Origin: Fimbriosthenelais zetlandica
Taxonomy: Eukaryota
Length of the DNA: 64,000 bases
Assembly (NCBI GenBank): GCA_977030845.1
Contig: OZ365110.1
Span: 50,592,001 to 50,656,000 of the forward strand
Reading direction: 5' to 3'
In this document: positions 13,440 through 26,950 of the stretch, piece by piece
How positions within the stretch are numbered: position 1 is the first letter of the stretch
Layout: each line of letters opens with the position of its first letter
The notes under the pieces: model-generated
Seen by the model: the letters and a program-made list of their open reading frames with translations, nothing else
The model's database searches: none
What the model was told of the DNA's origin: nothing
Position numbers and translations under genes: made by a program

Positions 13440-13565
13440 CATGATATTGGAGGCCCTGTTTAATCCATTTTAACTGCTATCTAAGTTGTGAGTCATGATA
13501 GGGGAGGCCCTGGTTACTCTATCTGCTAACTCAGTTGTCTCTCGTGATAGTGGAGGCCCTGTTTA
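13440..13565 (+). repeat. Degenerate tandem repeat, ~50-bp unit x3
   Basis: C(A/G)TGATA.(T/G)GGAGGCCCTG(T/G)TT at 13440, 13494 and 13543. Confidence 0.8.
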
Positions 13566-15366
13566 AGAACAAATTAAAGCGGCCAAGGAGAGCTGCAGCT
13601 GCAGGTGTAGACAAGGTCAAATAAATGAGTGAGGAGCAGCAGGCAGTGGGAGAAAGAGCCAACAAGGGGATCGATTCATCCTGCCAGAGCTGCAGCAGTA
13701 TAGGCAAGCTAGGAGACATGAGTCATTCACATAAGGCAATACTGTAAAGGTCATTTCACATGGGCGCTGTGTTTGATAAATCAATGAGGAAATCCATGTC
13801 ATAAAACACATCTTAGAGGCAAAGTCGGGTCTAATGGGAAGAAAAATATCAAAACTAGACCTTAACCAAGGAGACTGACTAAGGGATTTTGATTAGTCAA
13901 GTCCTATGAATGATCCCATCTCCGCACTTTGCCTTGTTCCACTCTATTTGTTTCGTCTGTTCCTAAACCGAAATTGAAGAATTACTGTAAAATTTGTTCT
14001 GTCGGTTAGGTGTTTCAGGGCCTTAAGCTGTGGGAAAGACATGTGACATCAAGGGCCTCTGACAACATCAAGGGCCAGGCTTGGTAACCGAAGGTCATAT
14101 TGTTCTATTCATGATCATGATATAGCTGTTTTGGTTTCCAGCACCAGACTCGGAAATCAGGATTCAAATGAGCTTTTGCCTCAGGCTAGAAATGAAGGAA
14201 TGGATTTGATTGAACGTCTTTGGCATGCAGCATTTCAAGGTTATGGAAAGGGTGTCGAGTCATTTGAGTATTTTAGGGGGAACAAATATGGCATAGTAGA
14301 GGGAACAAATGCGAATGAATGATTGAATGAATTATGAATGAATAAATGAATTAACTTTAGGAAGTGCATTATTATTTTAGTATACAGACAAATTATATAA
14401 GGTACATTCCCCCTCATCATTGCCTGTTGCTGCTGAAGTCAGCTGGGAGGATACCCTCCCAGCAGTCATCCATTTCATGGATTAATGGGATATATATTTA
14501 ATGTGAAAAAGAAATGATCATAGAAGAAAAACTAGCTGTTGTTATATACATCATGATTATAGGGGTAAAAACAGGAAGGTAAAGAGAGAGGGCGTTATGG
14601 GGAGACTGTGTCAACATAAGCCCTTCAAATTGGCCCAGCACCAAGCCTGGAAAAATCACCCTCATCTATATGATCATGTCACTAAGAGAAATCGATTGTT
14701 CTTAGTGTTTGGCTTTTGGTCTAAGACTGGCCAGTTGCCGATACTTGTATGTATATACTCGTGTGTAAACTTGTACGGGAGCATTCCATTAGCACAAATT
14801 ACATTGAGACCAAGTTTAACCTCTCAATGTGACAAATTGAGATGGTTTCATACGGTTGGCTCTTCTTGAAGAGCAGCAAAGTTTCCTTTATAAGAAGGAC
14901 ACATTTAAGTTGAACCTACAACCTTCAGCATGCAAGGCAAACACCTACCAATCGTTCCATGTCCCGACCCATGAGTAGGAGGCAGGGGGGGGGGAGAAAA
15001 TCTCTTGGAGAACTCCTGCAGAATTGAAACTTTCGCTTCCAAATGTAAGTGAACCACATTAACGCCTGTGCCTCAGCCACCAGGCTCAAGGCACCAGATC
15101 CTTTCCTCCCATATTACGACAACTGATGACTTCTCATTGTCCCTCTATAGAGTAAGTCCTAATGAAGATGTACTTGTAAGAAGATGTGCCCTCCCATTAG
15201 CCAGGTCTTACTGTCATTAAAGTGTTTATCACCACTCCCTCCTTGGACCAACACCTGTCACCATCCTTCCCATTTAACCTTGACATAAGTACACCTCGTG
15301 TCACCTTGCGCCACTGCTTTGTCATTGGCTATAGCACGGCCTAGTGTTACTAACTGGGTTGTCAAA

Positions 15367-16225
15367 GGCCAGCCTTGTCTGCCACTGGCTGTGGTAAGAA
15401 GCATGTAAAAGGCCAGACTTGTCTGCCACTGCCTGTGGTAAGAAGCATGTAAAAGGCCAGCCATGTCTGCCACTGTCTGTGGTAAGAAGCATGTAAAAGG
15501 CCAGCCTTGTCTGCCACTGTCTGTGGTAAGAAGCATGTAAAAGGCCAGCCTTGTCTGCCACTGCCTGTGGTAAGAGGCATGCAAAAAAGCCAGCCATGTC
15601 TGCCACTGTCTGTGGTGAGAGGCGTGTAAAAGGCCAGCCATGTCTCCCACTGTCTGTGTAGAGAGGCGTGTGAAAGGCCAGCCATATCTCCCACTGTCTG
15701 TGGTAAGAAGCATGTAAAAGGCCAACCATGTCTGCCACTGCCTGTGGTAAGAAGCATGTAAAAGGCCAACCTTGTCTGCCACTGCCTGCGGTGAGAGGCA
15801 TGTAAAAGGCCAGCCATGTCTCCCACTGTCTGTGGTAAGAGGCATGCAAAAAGCCAGCCTTGTCTGCCACTGCCTGTGGTAAGAGGCATGTAAAAGGCCT
15901 TCCATGTCTGCCGCTGTCTGTGGTGAGAGGCATGTAAAAGGCCAGCCATGTCTGCCACTGTCTGTGGTAAGAAGCATGTAAAAGGCCAGCCAAGTCTGCC
16001 ACTGCCTGTGGTGAGAGCCATGTAAAAGGCCAGCCCTGTTTCCCACTGTCTGTGGTGAGAGGCGTGTAAAAGGCCAGCAATGATTGCAACTGTGGTGAGA
16101 GGCTTGGTAAGAACCAGCCATGTATCTCATTACCTCTGGTGAGAGGCATATCGGCCATGCAATCTATGTGGTGAGATACATGTAAATTGCCAGCCATGTT
16201 TCTCTATGCTGAGAGGCATGTGAAC
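15367..16225 (-). repeat. 44-bp minisatellite array: 16 well-conserved units plus ~3 degenerate units
   Basis: Plus-strand unit GGCCAGCC(A/T)TGTCTGCCACTG(T/C)CTGTGGT(A/G)AGA(A/G)GCATGTAAAA with starts every 44 bp from 15367 to 16072 (one 45-bp unit). It generates the three overlapping 219-291 aa minus-strand ORFs. Confidence 0.98.
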
Positions 16226-17739
16226 TATGTAAAAACACCAGTATCTGGAGAGAGGAAATGGGACGGGGAAAGGGAAAAGATGTCATGGGGAAAGTGAGTG
16301 GGAGACAGGAGGAAGCGAATATTAGTAGCCTAATGGGCAGAGATGCTGAATACCATGTCAGGAAGAAAATATGATACAACCAAAAAATTGACGTGGGTGG
16401 TAACAACAGGATCGACTCGCGCGAAAACCATTAAAAGTGACATCAAAGAAGCCTGAAGGTCAGATTAACCAGATTATCACGATATGTGATCAAAGAGGGA
16501 ATGGGAAATGAAAAATACGGACAACAGAGGAGAAGGAGAGGACGGGGGAGGAGGTAGTGGAAGAAGACTCGGGGTGAGCAGAGAAAGAGAGTGTATGTGT
16601 TCACGCAGCTATTCCGAGCAGGTCCTCAGACATCTCCCAGAGGGCCAGCTCTGTACTGACAGGGATCAGAAGATGAACACGTGACTAGGATGTTAAAACC
16701 ATGCAGCGTGGGTAGTCTGGATGTTGTATGGGCCACATTAGAGGTCAGCGGAAAGACATGCTTCGTGGCATGGCTAAGGACCATGAATGGCCTGTTTCAG
16801 AACCATCAATGTTAAATCTATGGGGAATTTTGACGCCAAATTGGGTCCCGGAACCCATGGGTCGATTCACAAACCGGCGTCATCAGTTCTAATGTATATA
16901 ATATATGAAAGATGTCTTCAAATTTATGGTCGACTTATATCTGTCACAAATATATGTTGTTCACATTGTGAATCCATGGATCGACTGATATTGGCAATTG
17001 TTGTCACATATAGCGCTTGCATAGTAGTAGTGACGGTCGATTTGCTCAATAAGTCACTACTGACGATTTAGTCGCCCTGTGGATTCCTAGCCTTTACAAT
17101 CATTTGTAATTATGGGCACCAACCCCTTGAGAACACACACCTCAGCCTGTGCCTGTATAGTATTGTACTTTGGAGATTCTGTGCTATCTCAAGTCCTTCC
17201 CTAATGGGAAATTATACACAGGGAATTAGATAATGGTATACAGCTATAAGTTCTACATATCTTGGTGTACAATTTGGTGCTGTAGGTCTTCAAATTTGTA
17301 CTCGTACATAATTATATTAGGTGGAAAGCAAATTGTGAATTACGATATGATTATATTTCTCTATCTGACTCTTATGGCCAGAACCGTATGTTGGTTACAC
17401 AAAACAGACTCACAAAACTAACCATATTGTACTGTATGTGACTAGAATCAGCTCAGTTATAACATGGGTTAGTCTCGTTAATGAGGGCAGGTCCCTGACT
17501 TCTTTGCTATAGTGGAACTACACATTAGCGATAACTGTAAGTGTTTTCAAGTGGAGCTGTGCTACAATATAGCATCACCAACGAATTCCAATGAAAACTT
17601 GCAGAATAGCAAGGCAAAATTCAACATTTGTATCCCCCTGCATGCTCAGACCTCACATACCAATGTCATTATCTCAAGATCATTCAACTTATTTACTTAT
17701 AGGTGCAGAAAGCAAGCATGGAAGTCTTTGATTGGAACC

Positions 17740-17900
17740 AAGAAGCAGGCACTACTGGCAGTAGAGGAATTGCCTGGTCCCACCCGCCGCGAGCCCACCC
17801 TACCATATCTTATCTCTCTATCCTGCTCCGTTAGGCTTCAACCCCTGGGGTCAATACCCGCTGGATTTCAACTTAAGGCCATGCTACCTAACAACCCTCG
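17740..17900 (+). mobile_element. Possible CR1/L2-type LINE ORF2 endonuclease remnant
   Basis: GPTRREPTLPYLI...VRLQPLGS in ORF 17512-18006 resembles the APE C-terminal motif PTR...LDL...PPLGxSDH with the expected ~20 aa spacing. Confidence 0.35.
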
Positions 17901-18014
17901 CAGTTATCTTGATAAATGTGAGCCTAATTGCCCATGTTTATTTTACAAGGGTGGCCTTTTGAATGGACCTATCACTAGAAAACTTGATATAACATTGACA
18001 ATTTGATAAGAGTA

Positions 18015-18120
18015 GAGGCATGATTGGCCTTTTGTATGCCTCTCATCATATATTGGGAGGCATGGCTGGATTTTACATGCCTCCCATCATAGACAGTTGG
18101 AGACATGACTGGGATTTGAT
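18015..18120 (+). repeat. 44-bp minisatellite family, ~2.5 degenerate units
   Basis: CATG(A/G)(T/C)TGG..TTTT(G/A)(T/C)ATGCCTC(T/C)CATCATA units. Confidence 0.8.
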
Positions 18121-18255
18121 AGACCAATTTGTGCAGAAGGAGAAGAGCAATTTTTTTAATGTTTCGGGATTTAAACCCAGGTCTTTCCACCTTCACTCGA
18201 ACCCTGATGAAACAGAGACTGACTGACGACCATGCACTATCGACTGCTGGAGCGT
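18121..18255 (-). mobile_element. Degenerate tRNA-like (SINE) head adjoining a 44-bp array
   Basis: Minus strand carries B-box-like GGGTTTAAATCCC; the flank aligns with 35111-35165. The A box is ambiguous. Confidence 0.35.
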
Positions 18256-19699
18256 TCTCTACCACAAAATAGTGAACGGTTAATAGAGCATGAAAATGGC
18301 AAAAGAGAGTACTAACTTCAAATGGAACGCTCTCTGGCCATGGCCCCACCACCCATTTGGATATTGGGCCGCCCTTCATCTGTCTCTGACATCAACTGAT
18401 GACAGTTGTTGATGTCATTCTTCACACACCCACCCAATCACCATATTCATACCTCTCTACTAGTCCCCGCATCCACAAGAACTTCCACAATAAAAAAGAT
18501 GAATATTCTTCTGACATATCCATTGCTATGCTGCATTGCTATAAAGTATACATCAGTTTGGCATTGGTGATGATTCTCTATTCAAAAGGTCTTTGGTTTT
18601 GTAGCTGAGGTCTTTGCAACTAGTGGATCACTCTCGTAGTGTGGGGTAACTCCACCCTAGATTGTTTCTTTGCAAATTTTACATTGCAATTTTCTTCTTG
18701 TTGCTTGTAATGAAAGGTACCTGCCATCGTGAAGTTATGGCATTCTTACATCCAAAACATTTGCAACGCTTGCAATGGAACCTGTTCTATATTAACTACC
18801 AACTGCAAGTGCAGATAGAGCTGGAAGAAAAATGCAGAAATGGCAATGCGTTATTCCCTAGAGCTAGACCATTCTGTGCTGCAGGGTGAGCTATGGTGAG
18901 ACATTATTAGTTTGTTATCTTCTCAGGGAGCCAGATCGTGCCAAGAGGTACTTGACTCATAATCAACAATATGAACAGTCCACAAGCAGGAATCCCATTA
19001 AGTGCTTTTTATGATTTCCTGTATCTGATCCTGTCATTATATAAGGCAACTTCCTCGGGAGCAATTGACAGTATTAGATAAGTATATATATATCCCTTTG
19101 ATACCTGCTACTATTGCCTGGCTGCTACTTAGAAGTAATATTGGCGTGGAATCTTGACATGGGATCATTAAGTATTTGAGATGATATTCCTAGCTTTGTT
19201 TAGAAATGTATGAAAGGTTAAACGGCGATGTTCAGATACTTGTAATGGGATTTCATGTCAGGTAGCTTTTATTCTGTCAGGGATACAATTAATTGTGTTT
19301 TGACATCTTTATTGCGTTAATTGCCAATGGTCCTACACCAGGGAAGCCTGGTTTCAACTGGACAAGTACAGGACACAAGCTGATTTCCATCCGATATGGT
19401 TTCTCCTTCTTAAGATTAATTTTGTAAATGGTGAATTGAACGGGAAGTAATTGGACAAGCATTAGGACAACAACAGTTGTCCATATGAAAATGAGCAATT
19501 TGATGATGACTATCGGACCACTTAGTGTGTTCGGGCCTTAAATGATCTTACCTTATGGATGTATGGGACCCCTCCCACTGTGTATAGATACCCTATATGC
19601 ATCGCATCTGCCTTCTATGCACCTAATATGCTAGAAGGTTATGTCCAGTGACCTTCTCTGGCCAGTTGGTATGATTCCTAGCTGCCTTTTATCCATTCA

Positions 19700-20060
19700 T
19701 CTCAGATAGCCGAGTGGCAATCAATCGTTCGGTGTCTCCCGGGCGCACCATAGGGGAGATGCCTCCTTCCATTCGCATCCAAGAGAATAATAAGTATACA
19801 CTCCCCTTTCTGACGTCAAGCCCGGAGCCAGAGAAAAAAGTCGATAATCCGAGGCATATCGGTTGTTGTTTCCAAGAGTCACTCACTCTAGCTAGGCCCC
19901 CCTATCTGGATGGGCTGCTGGCTTCCCATTCTATAGTGTAGAGGGTGAAAGAGGCAATGGCCATAGTGTGTACACCCACATCACAGGCAGTCAATTATCT
20001 GTTCAAATCCTGGCCAAAGTTCCAGCAGCTTCCCCCTGTTGAATAGTAATCAGTTTATTC
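19700..20060 (+). mobile_element. Possible DIRS/Ngaro-type reverse transcriptase N-terminal remnant
   Basis: IQENNKYTLPFLTSSP followed by LLASHSIV*RVKE..IV.TP.S.AVN resembles GYxLPFxSxPP...LLxxGxIxEV...PxVVNPLSV; decayed. Confidence 0.25.
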
Positions 20061-20745
20061 CGCTATTCAGAACCTGGCTCTAGGCTGCTGTTTATCATAC
20101 AGTTCCCGTTGACTGGTGTATTCTTAATTTTTCAACGGCTATTATTTTCTAGGACCGAAATATCTCTGAATCAATGACATCACTGTTACTGTTAGTTTTA
20201 TAAACCCAATGAGTACAGTTAGCCTACTTCACTCTATGCTACTACACCATCCTCTTTCTATAGATATACTGTGGGGTAGTATGCATGCACCACTGGGGTT
20301 CATTTGCCTTGCAACTGTTGCGATTTGTTGTGGCTAGATTTGTGTCTGATTTTTATGGGCTCAACTGTAGTATTCATTTTGCAACACCATTTTGCACCCC
20401 TCACAACAGCCAGTGCAACTACTGTAACACTTTGGACAAATGTCCAAAAGTTATAGTGAAAAAACCCATAGCCAGCTACATTAGCATCTTGAGGGCATAG
20501 CACATCTTTTTTTTTACTACCGCCAGGAATGTATATACCGTGTTCTTTACCAATACATTTTTAGTCTCCTGTATACCTAACACCAATTGCTTCTATTCTC
20601 TGGTTCCCTTTGTAGTACGTACAAGGAATCTGTTGATGAAATAAGCGAGTATCCCCTTAAGGACAACGCCCTAAAACATAAGACATCATATCGGTAAAGA
20701 TGCAAGGAAAGCTAGCTTGGTGATAAGATCGTATTGGGGGCAGGC

Positions 20746-21009
20746 TGTAACGTTATGGTAGCACTATTTTATACCGTTACCACGCCAGTACCTCGGGTTA
20801 GATCTCTCCCGAGGACATGACTTTCCTCCAGCATGATTCCCCTGATAAAATAAGCTCCAGGCTGATCGGAAGGAAGATGAGGGGGTGCCTCAGGGGACGT
20901 CACTGTCTCCTATAGGCCTCAAGCCAGGATACGGTGAGGTGCTTTGGGGACGATAATAAAGGATAGTCACACCTACTGTTAACCCCCCTCTCTCTAGGGG
21001 TCTGTTACT
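20746..21009 (+). mobile_element. Putative LTR (~264 bp) preceded by a polypurine-tract-like sequence
   Basis: Begins TGTAAC and ends GTTAC(T), an imperfect inverted TG..CA-type pair; preceded by TGGGGGCAGGC; AATAAA at 20955; internal CCTCGGG/CCCGAGG hairpin. No partner LTR in the window. Confidence 0.4.
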
Positions 21010-21012
21010 TAT

Positions 21013-21305
21013 GGGGTAACTCCACTGGTTTTTTCTGCGATTTTACAATTCTATTTTTAACCCCTGGTATAGAGAAGTGTTCTTGTCTTCTTGTAACAGT
21101 GGAGATGCACACTCAGAACATCTACCATCCCGAGGACGCAGAGTATATCAACATTTCTGGAAGTAAGTAGGTGACTTGAGGTTGCACTGGGGTTATTCGT
21201 TATGCGATTTCTGCAAATCTTCTGCAATTCATTACCTGCTACATAAAGTATGTGGTAGGAGGTCCCTGACTTCTTGTAGCAGTGGAAACACACACTCAAA
21301 ACAAC
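21013..21305 (+). repeat. Degenerate ~175-bp tandem duplication; related pieces at ~17490 and ~18645
   Basis: TG(T/A)CTTCTTGTA(A/G)CAGTGGA(G/A)A..CACACTCA(G/A)AACA occurs at ~21090 and ~21267. GGTCCCTGACTTCTT also occurs at 17490, and GGGGTAACTCCAC at both 18644 and 21013. Confidence 0.65.
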
Positions 21306-21999
21306 TGCAAGCAGACAATGCTATCAAAATTGCTGCAATGAAGTGGGCGACTTTTGGTTAATACAATTGGGGTTAGTCATCACTATAGGCACTGGCAGAA
21401 AATCATGAATGGTAGAAACTGTGTTGCTGCCTTGTGATCCTATGGATCCTCGTTTTTTTAGCACAGAAGCATATAAAAAGAGGAAACCTGTGAACTTTGA
21501 GTGCAAAACTCACGGAAAATGCTTTCTTTGTGTACTCTTTAGTTAATTAAGTAACGACTCTCAGGTGTGCCATACAAGTCTACCCAGAAGAGAAGAGAAG
21601 GCCGGGTGTACATTATGTATGACATATTGATAAATCTGTGAATTATACATAGCCGGGGGAAGTGCTTTTAACACCACTAGACACCTTTATCTGGGGTTAT
21701 GAATATGGATATGAGGGATCTAGTCGGCTCATCGCAGCTATATAGATCCTTGTATTTGTTTTCGAGTAAATATATAGATTTGAAATAGGATGGTGTCATT
21801 GGAATGACAAGGACTATAGTGGAAACTACTTCATCATAAGAAGTAAAGACTTTGATAGTTCCATATGTCTGAAGGATTGTAAAATCAATATAAATTACCC
21901 AATAGGTATTTAGTAGCAATTGTTTCGGAGAATACTCTGTTCAGACTACACAGTGTGGCTATTTAATAATTGATTGTAATAGCAAATTAACTGCATTTC

Positions 22000-22300
22000 C
22001 AATTAACAATTCATTGTTCAGTCATCCAGGTAAAACCTTCACTCATGAACTAAGCCAGGGAATATAATTTGTGTAGTGAGGCATACTGCTGAACGTTATT
22101 ATGGACTCTATGACAAAAATACAGATCATATAAAAATGGTAAACTTCATCAGTGCAGCACAATTTAATAGCTTCTAATGGGGCTCTATGTTTAAGAAATA
22201 TCATTGCAAGGAAGAATACAATACTCTGAATATATTTCCAGAAAGTCTCTGGGATCATGAACAATGTCTTTCTGATTTAGCATAAATCCTCAATGCCCTG
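22000..22300 (-). mobile_element. Decayed reverse transcriptase (YLDD), possibly Ngaro/DIRS type
   Basis: Minus strand TAC CTG GAT GAC (YLDD) at ~22038-22027; upstream LAMIFLKHRAP resembles LAKxDxKHAFR. Frameshifted. Confidence 0.3.
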
Positions 22301-23337
22301 TGAAAGAAATACCGAGAGTTCATCCCGTTAAAATATTGACAGGCCTTGTAAATCTATAGCATTAGGGATAATTTCCTTTGGCTATAGCTCAATCCAATCC
22401 CCTAGTCTCTGTACCACAAGGCATTCAGTTGTATTCGCTACAACCAACGATTGACAATCTAATTTGGAGTTCTGTTTAAAAATTAAAAGGAATTCCCCAA
22501 TGGCTTGGACTTGTTGGTAAGCTGATCAAGGTAAAAAGGATGCTTTCAACAATGCGTTTATCACCACCCAACAACATGAGTCCTATTCTTTATTTAGAAA
22601 CAACACATTGATTATTTTATTATTTCTCGGTGGCGGATATAATTCATGCTATTCCAATTTGTAATTGATGCAAATAGCAGATACTTTCAATAAATTCACT
22701 CAATTTCATTTGGTTTTCGGTTGAGGCAATACAGAATTCAAACTAAACAAATTGAAATTTTCACAATCCATCTTTCACTAAAGACTCTTTAGATAGTCAT
22801 AGTAGTCAGATAGTCGCAGATAGTTGCATCAATTATACCCTTCTGCCGTGGTCATATAAGAATGTGAGTGATATATAAATTTTCTATATTTGACTAGCTG
22901 TTGTCGTTGCAATATGTTTATTGTGGACACAAAATTGTGAGGGTAAAAAAGTTGCCTGCAGTCCAATTCAACTACAAAATAACCATGGCTCAAAGAGCTT
23001 TTAAAACAATGATCCACATGGAAGCATCCAAGCCATACTTCATTCATCTGAATTGACTCAGAACTAACAGGGAAGTTTCACCAGTGTGCAGGGATGAGAC
23101 CAATTATTAAATGGACTGAAAAGGAAGGAGAGAGATAAGGAGGAGACAATGCTGCAGCAGAAAGCAGTGATGATTGTCGATTCCCAACACAACTCAAATG
23201 CTGTTCACGACCTTTTGCTCACATTTTCTGTGTAGGTGGAATAGGTTGTGGGAGGATGGGGATGGGGGGGGGGGAGGGGAGGGGGCTAAAAGCCACCACA
23301 GCTGCTGACTATAAGCCTTCCTTGGCCAAAACCAACC

Positions 23338-23351
23338 GTTGCTATAGCAAC
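23338..23351. promoter_or_regulatory. Perfect palindromic RFX X-box motif
   Basis: GTTGCTATAGCAAC is a 14-bp perfect palindrome matching GTTGCYATRGCAAC. Function is untested. Confidence 0.4.
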
Positions 23352-24499
23352 AACACGACAGCATTGGAATGGCAAAAGATTTGTGCCTTGTCTGAAGGCA
23401 ATGTCGCCTCACAAAGCTAGGTCAACAGTGGCTATCTAGTCTTTGTCCCTTCCCACTTCCTTGCAGCCTTGTTCAATTGCTCAGTAGCTAAAACATAATC
23501 TCCCCCAATTGCCATTAAAACAGCTCTTAAACTCGCTTAAAACCAATCAGTACACTGTCAACTATAGGCCATTAAAAAGTCATCATTTCAGATTTAATTG
23601 ATATGGCCCCAAACTTCAAACTGTAAAAGGAAAATGAAGTTCATGAATAATTTGCTTTAGTATCGACAATTTAGCCTGTACATGTGCATTCAAATCAGCT
23701 TCATAATATTCTTCTTTGAGTCAGAACAATATTATAACATTCATAATATAATTGGGTCCATTGGGATTCTGATGTATAAAAAAGAGTTATTTTATATTGA
23801 TTTGAACAGCCATTCTACCTGAACATTCAAGAAAACGCTATACATCGTATGGAAATGAATTCATGTACTTCCACATTGCTCTCTATCCGAAGTAGAAAGA
23901 CTGTTTTGGAAATGGTAAAATAATGTGCGTGATAATGGGTAATAAACGTCCAAGATGAATTCAACCAGTTCCCAGACAACGTAAATGATGTTAGTAGGTC
24001 ATGAATGCAAGCCACCGGTGGACTGATTTTTTTTTTACAGATCTGTACTGCAAAATGGGAAATGATGCCGGCAATCAATAGCATGTTTACATCGGGATTT
24101 CTGGCACTGTCAAGTTCGAAACCAGAAAAGTAGTGTCAGAAAAATGTGAAATATTTTGTGCAACACTATAGTTGTCATGGAGCTTGTTTGAAAATAATGA
24201 TTAGCAATGTCAAATCTATGGGGATTGTTGCACTGAAACGGACCGGAAACATGTCTATAGTTCTCTATAGTATTTTTTTTTAAATTTCTCCCATACAACT
24301 GTTCAATTGTTAACAGCAACCATCGTCTTTTTGAGGTAGACTCATGTGCATTCATAACCATATCTATGTCATTTTAGATATAGATACTGAATACAAAACG
24401 ATCATGATGAAATGTACCATGAAATGTACCAAAGAATAGTCGCATTGTGACTATGAACAGTGACAGTTAAAGTGGGATGTCTTTTTGAGGTAGACCAGT

Positions 24500-24800
24500 G
24501 TACCACCATATATACAGGGGTGGGTGTCCCACCCTCTAGACAAGTCCGGGTGGCACCAGCGGAGGAGCCAGAGAAGGAGCAGGAGCCACTCTCTGTTGCT
24601 AAAAATAACTTCAATCAATAGCAGCGTGAGCACCATTAAAATGGCACAGCGCTGGTACATGTGATACACAATAAATCTGCCAGAATGGGAATATCCCACA
24701 GGTAAATCCAGCTGGAGAAAGTGTTTAGATGACAGGCATGGTTCAAGTGGGTCGGAATAACATGACGTGGGTCTGGCTAGATGGTGGTGGAGGTGGAGAA
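24500..24800 (-). mobile_element. Possible Penelope GIY-YIG endonuclease remnant
   Basis: One minus frame reads GFTC....QIYCVS, resembling FTCxSxNxIYCIxC of Penelope GIY-YIG; lies beside purine/pyrimidine-skewed tracts. Weak. Confidence 0.2.
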
Positions 24801-26199
24801 AAAGGGAGGGATTTATGCCACAGATGGCAGGGGCAGTGTATATATAGGGGACTGGTCTAGGGAGCAGGAGGAGGGGGGAGGGGGGAGGGGGAGGGGAGGG
24901 GAGGTACCAGAGAGGTACCCCAGAAAACCAGATTCGTTCCACCACTGAGGCTGCCCCCCCCCCCCCAATCATCCCTTCTTCTTTTACTTCTTCCCCAGAC
25001 CAATAAACCACTAAAAATGTCTGCTAACTAGATTAGGTTACTTGCATGTCAGCCGACCGCCAAACCATGCATCCTGATCATTGCACAAGATAGTCAATCC
25101 CAAGGGCAGGACCATGGAGGAGGAGGGGTGGATGGTTCCATGATGCGCCTAAAGACAGCACTGGAGGAATAGAAGGGGAGGATATGGAGGAAGAGAGGGG
25201 CAGGAGAGGCTAAAAGGAACGAGTGCTTGTGGACAATTCTTGCTTGTCAGTGGCAGCCTGAAGGCATTGCGCTGACCATACATATATGCGGATATACTCC
25301 CAGGCAGCATCACGCAAAGGCCGCCTCAGCTGCACGATTGTTCCCGCCCCATCTGCTGTACAACAGCAGATGTTTTGGCGGCTAGTATTGGAGCCAGAAC
25401 TCCATCTCCTCCTCCTCTCCCCTCCTCCTCCTCCTCCTCTCCTCTCCATCCCCCACACACTCACCAACTCTCTCTCTCTCTCCCCCCTAGAACAGCTGCA
25501 GTGATGCTGCTGTTGGATAGGAGCTGGTTGGTGGTACTGGCTCCAGATATGCCTGCTGAGCTGCATGCAGTTGCAGCTCCCTTCCTTCCTCCTCTCACTG
25601 TTGGAATTATGCACATTCACATCTGCAACATGTTCCTATCCAAAGGACATATGACCGCATCCCGCATCATTCCCCAATCTCTGAGTCCTCCTCCTTCCTT
25701 TTCCCCCAGGAACCTATAATGTTGCGATGCGTCTGATACCAGATTCCGCATTCTGATATATTTAAGGCATTCATATTCAAGAGACCTTGCAAGAGAGCGG
25801 TCGCATATACTGCATTTTCATGAGAGGTGCTGCAAGTTCCTCTTTTGATATTCTAGAGATTTCCATTTTGCTCAAGGTTGACTCCAGCTGAAGGTTGAAG
25901 TAGGGAGAGAACTGTTTTATGCAAAGATTGTCTGGCTCTGTGGCTTCATTACTGCAAACCATTGATATTTGAACCGGACTGATCCAAGTTGGGAAAGAGC
26001 TATCTCATGCTCGCGTTGCAACTTATTCCCTGGGCAAGCAAAGGCAGTGCTGTGGTACTGCATACTAAAAGAGCTGCAGGCAGCAAGCCAGTCATGAATA
26101 CAGACTATATTTGCCTATTAATTAACGCTTGTTATCCTACGCCTGACATTAATACAGCCTGCTGAAGAAACCCTGATTAAATTGAAGACATCCCGTTCT

Positions 26200-26950
26200 A
26201 TTATTCAACAAATTAGAGCAGAATGCATTGGAGATTCCAATGCCAGAAGCATGTCAAAACGGATGACATTGACGTTACCAAAAAGGGCAAACCCGCGAGA
26301 TGTCGATGAAAGGAGGTTACCTCGGTGAGAATGGATGGGAGTCTATAAATAGGAATGGGCCATAGGGCCTTGCATAATACAGTAATTTCATCGTTTTGTG
26401 GGTGGAGGATCCCGTCTGAGGTACAGACGGCCGTGTTCAGTGCTGACAACCTCCGGTCCATGCAGCTCTCGGCCTCTTTCATACATTATCATTTGACCTT
26501 TCCCACGACGGCCTCATACAGCCAGTCAAATAATAAAAAACGCTGGAAATAAAGCAGGAAAAAAAGGGGAAGGCGGTTGACAGAGGCTACTCGTAATGTT
26601 GGTCCAGGCATCGAGACGCGAGATAGCAGCTAGAGGTGGACGACTGGGTTAAGGCACACTTGTTTATTTCTCTGAGTAGCGTATATAAAACATTCAGTAT
26701 TCTGCTTAATGGAACGTGCAGTTTGAAAGGTCATGTCCTGTAAGGGGCCTTGGCTTGCGGCGGTATGGAGCAACTCGGGAGGCTGGCGGAGGCTCTATCG
26801 TATCATACTGTATAGCAGGGTAAATTGATGCTAACACGCAGGGGACATAATGCAGGTGAATATTAATACGGAACAGTCCTGTGTTAGATACGATGGTATG
26901 TATATACACCATCCTAGTAGGAACTTCCCGGGCTATGCAATGTTTGGATC
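26200..26950 (-). mobile_element. Decayed Ty3/Gypsy reverse transcriptase remnant
   Basis: ORF 26706-26954 has YDTIEPPP...APYR; ORF 26213-26482 has NTAVCTSDG...SFHRHLAGLPF, followed in another frame by AAC GTC AAT GTC ATC (degenerate YVDDI). Order and spacing fit Gypsy RT. Confidence 0.4.

Noticed and set aside
15367-16071. CRISPR-like array (also considered for 11118-11309 and 34771-35030)
   Set aside because: Units are head-to-tail with no unique spacers, there are no cas genes, and the context is eukaryotic.
15258-16197. Three overlapping 219-291 aa ORFs (WQTWLAFYM.../GRHGWPF... repeats) as a repeat protein
   Set aside because: They are the three reading frames of a 44-bp unit (not a multiple of 3) that happens to lack stops on one strand. 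A 45-bp unit shifts the frames without consequence, and sibling arrays are too short to code.
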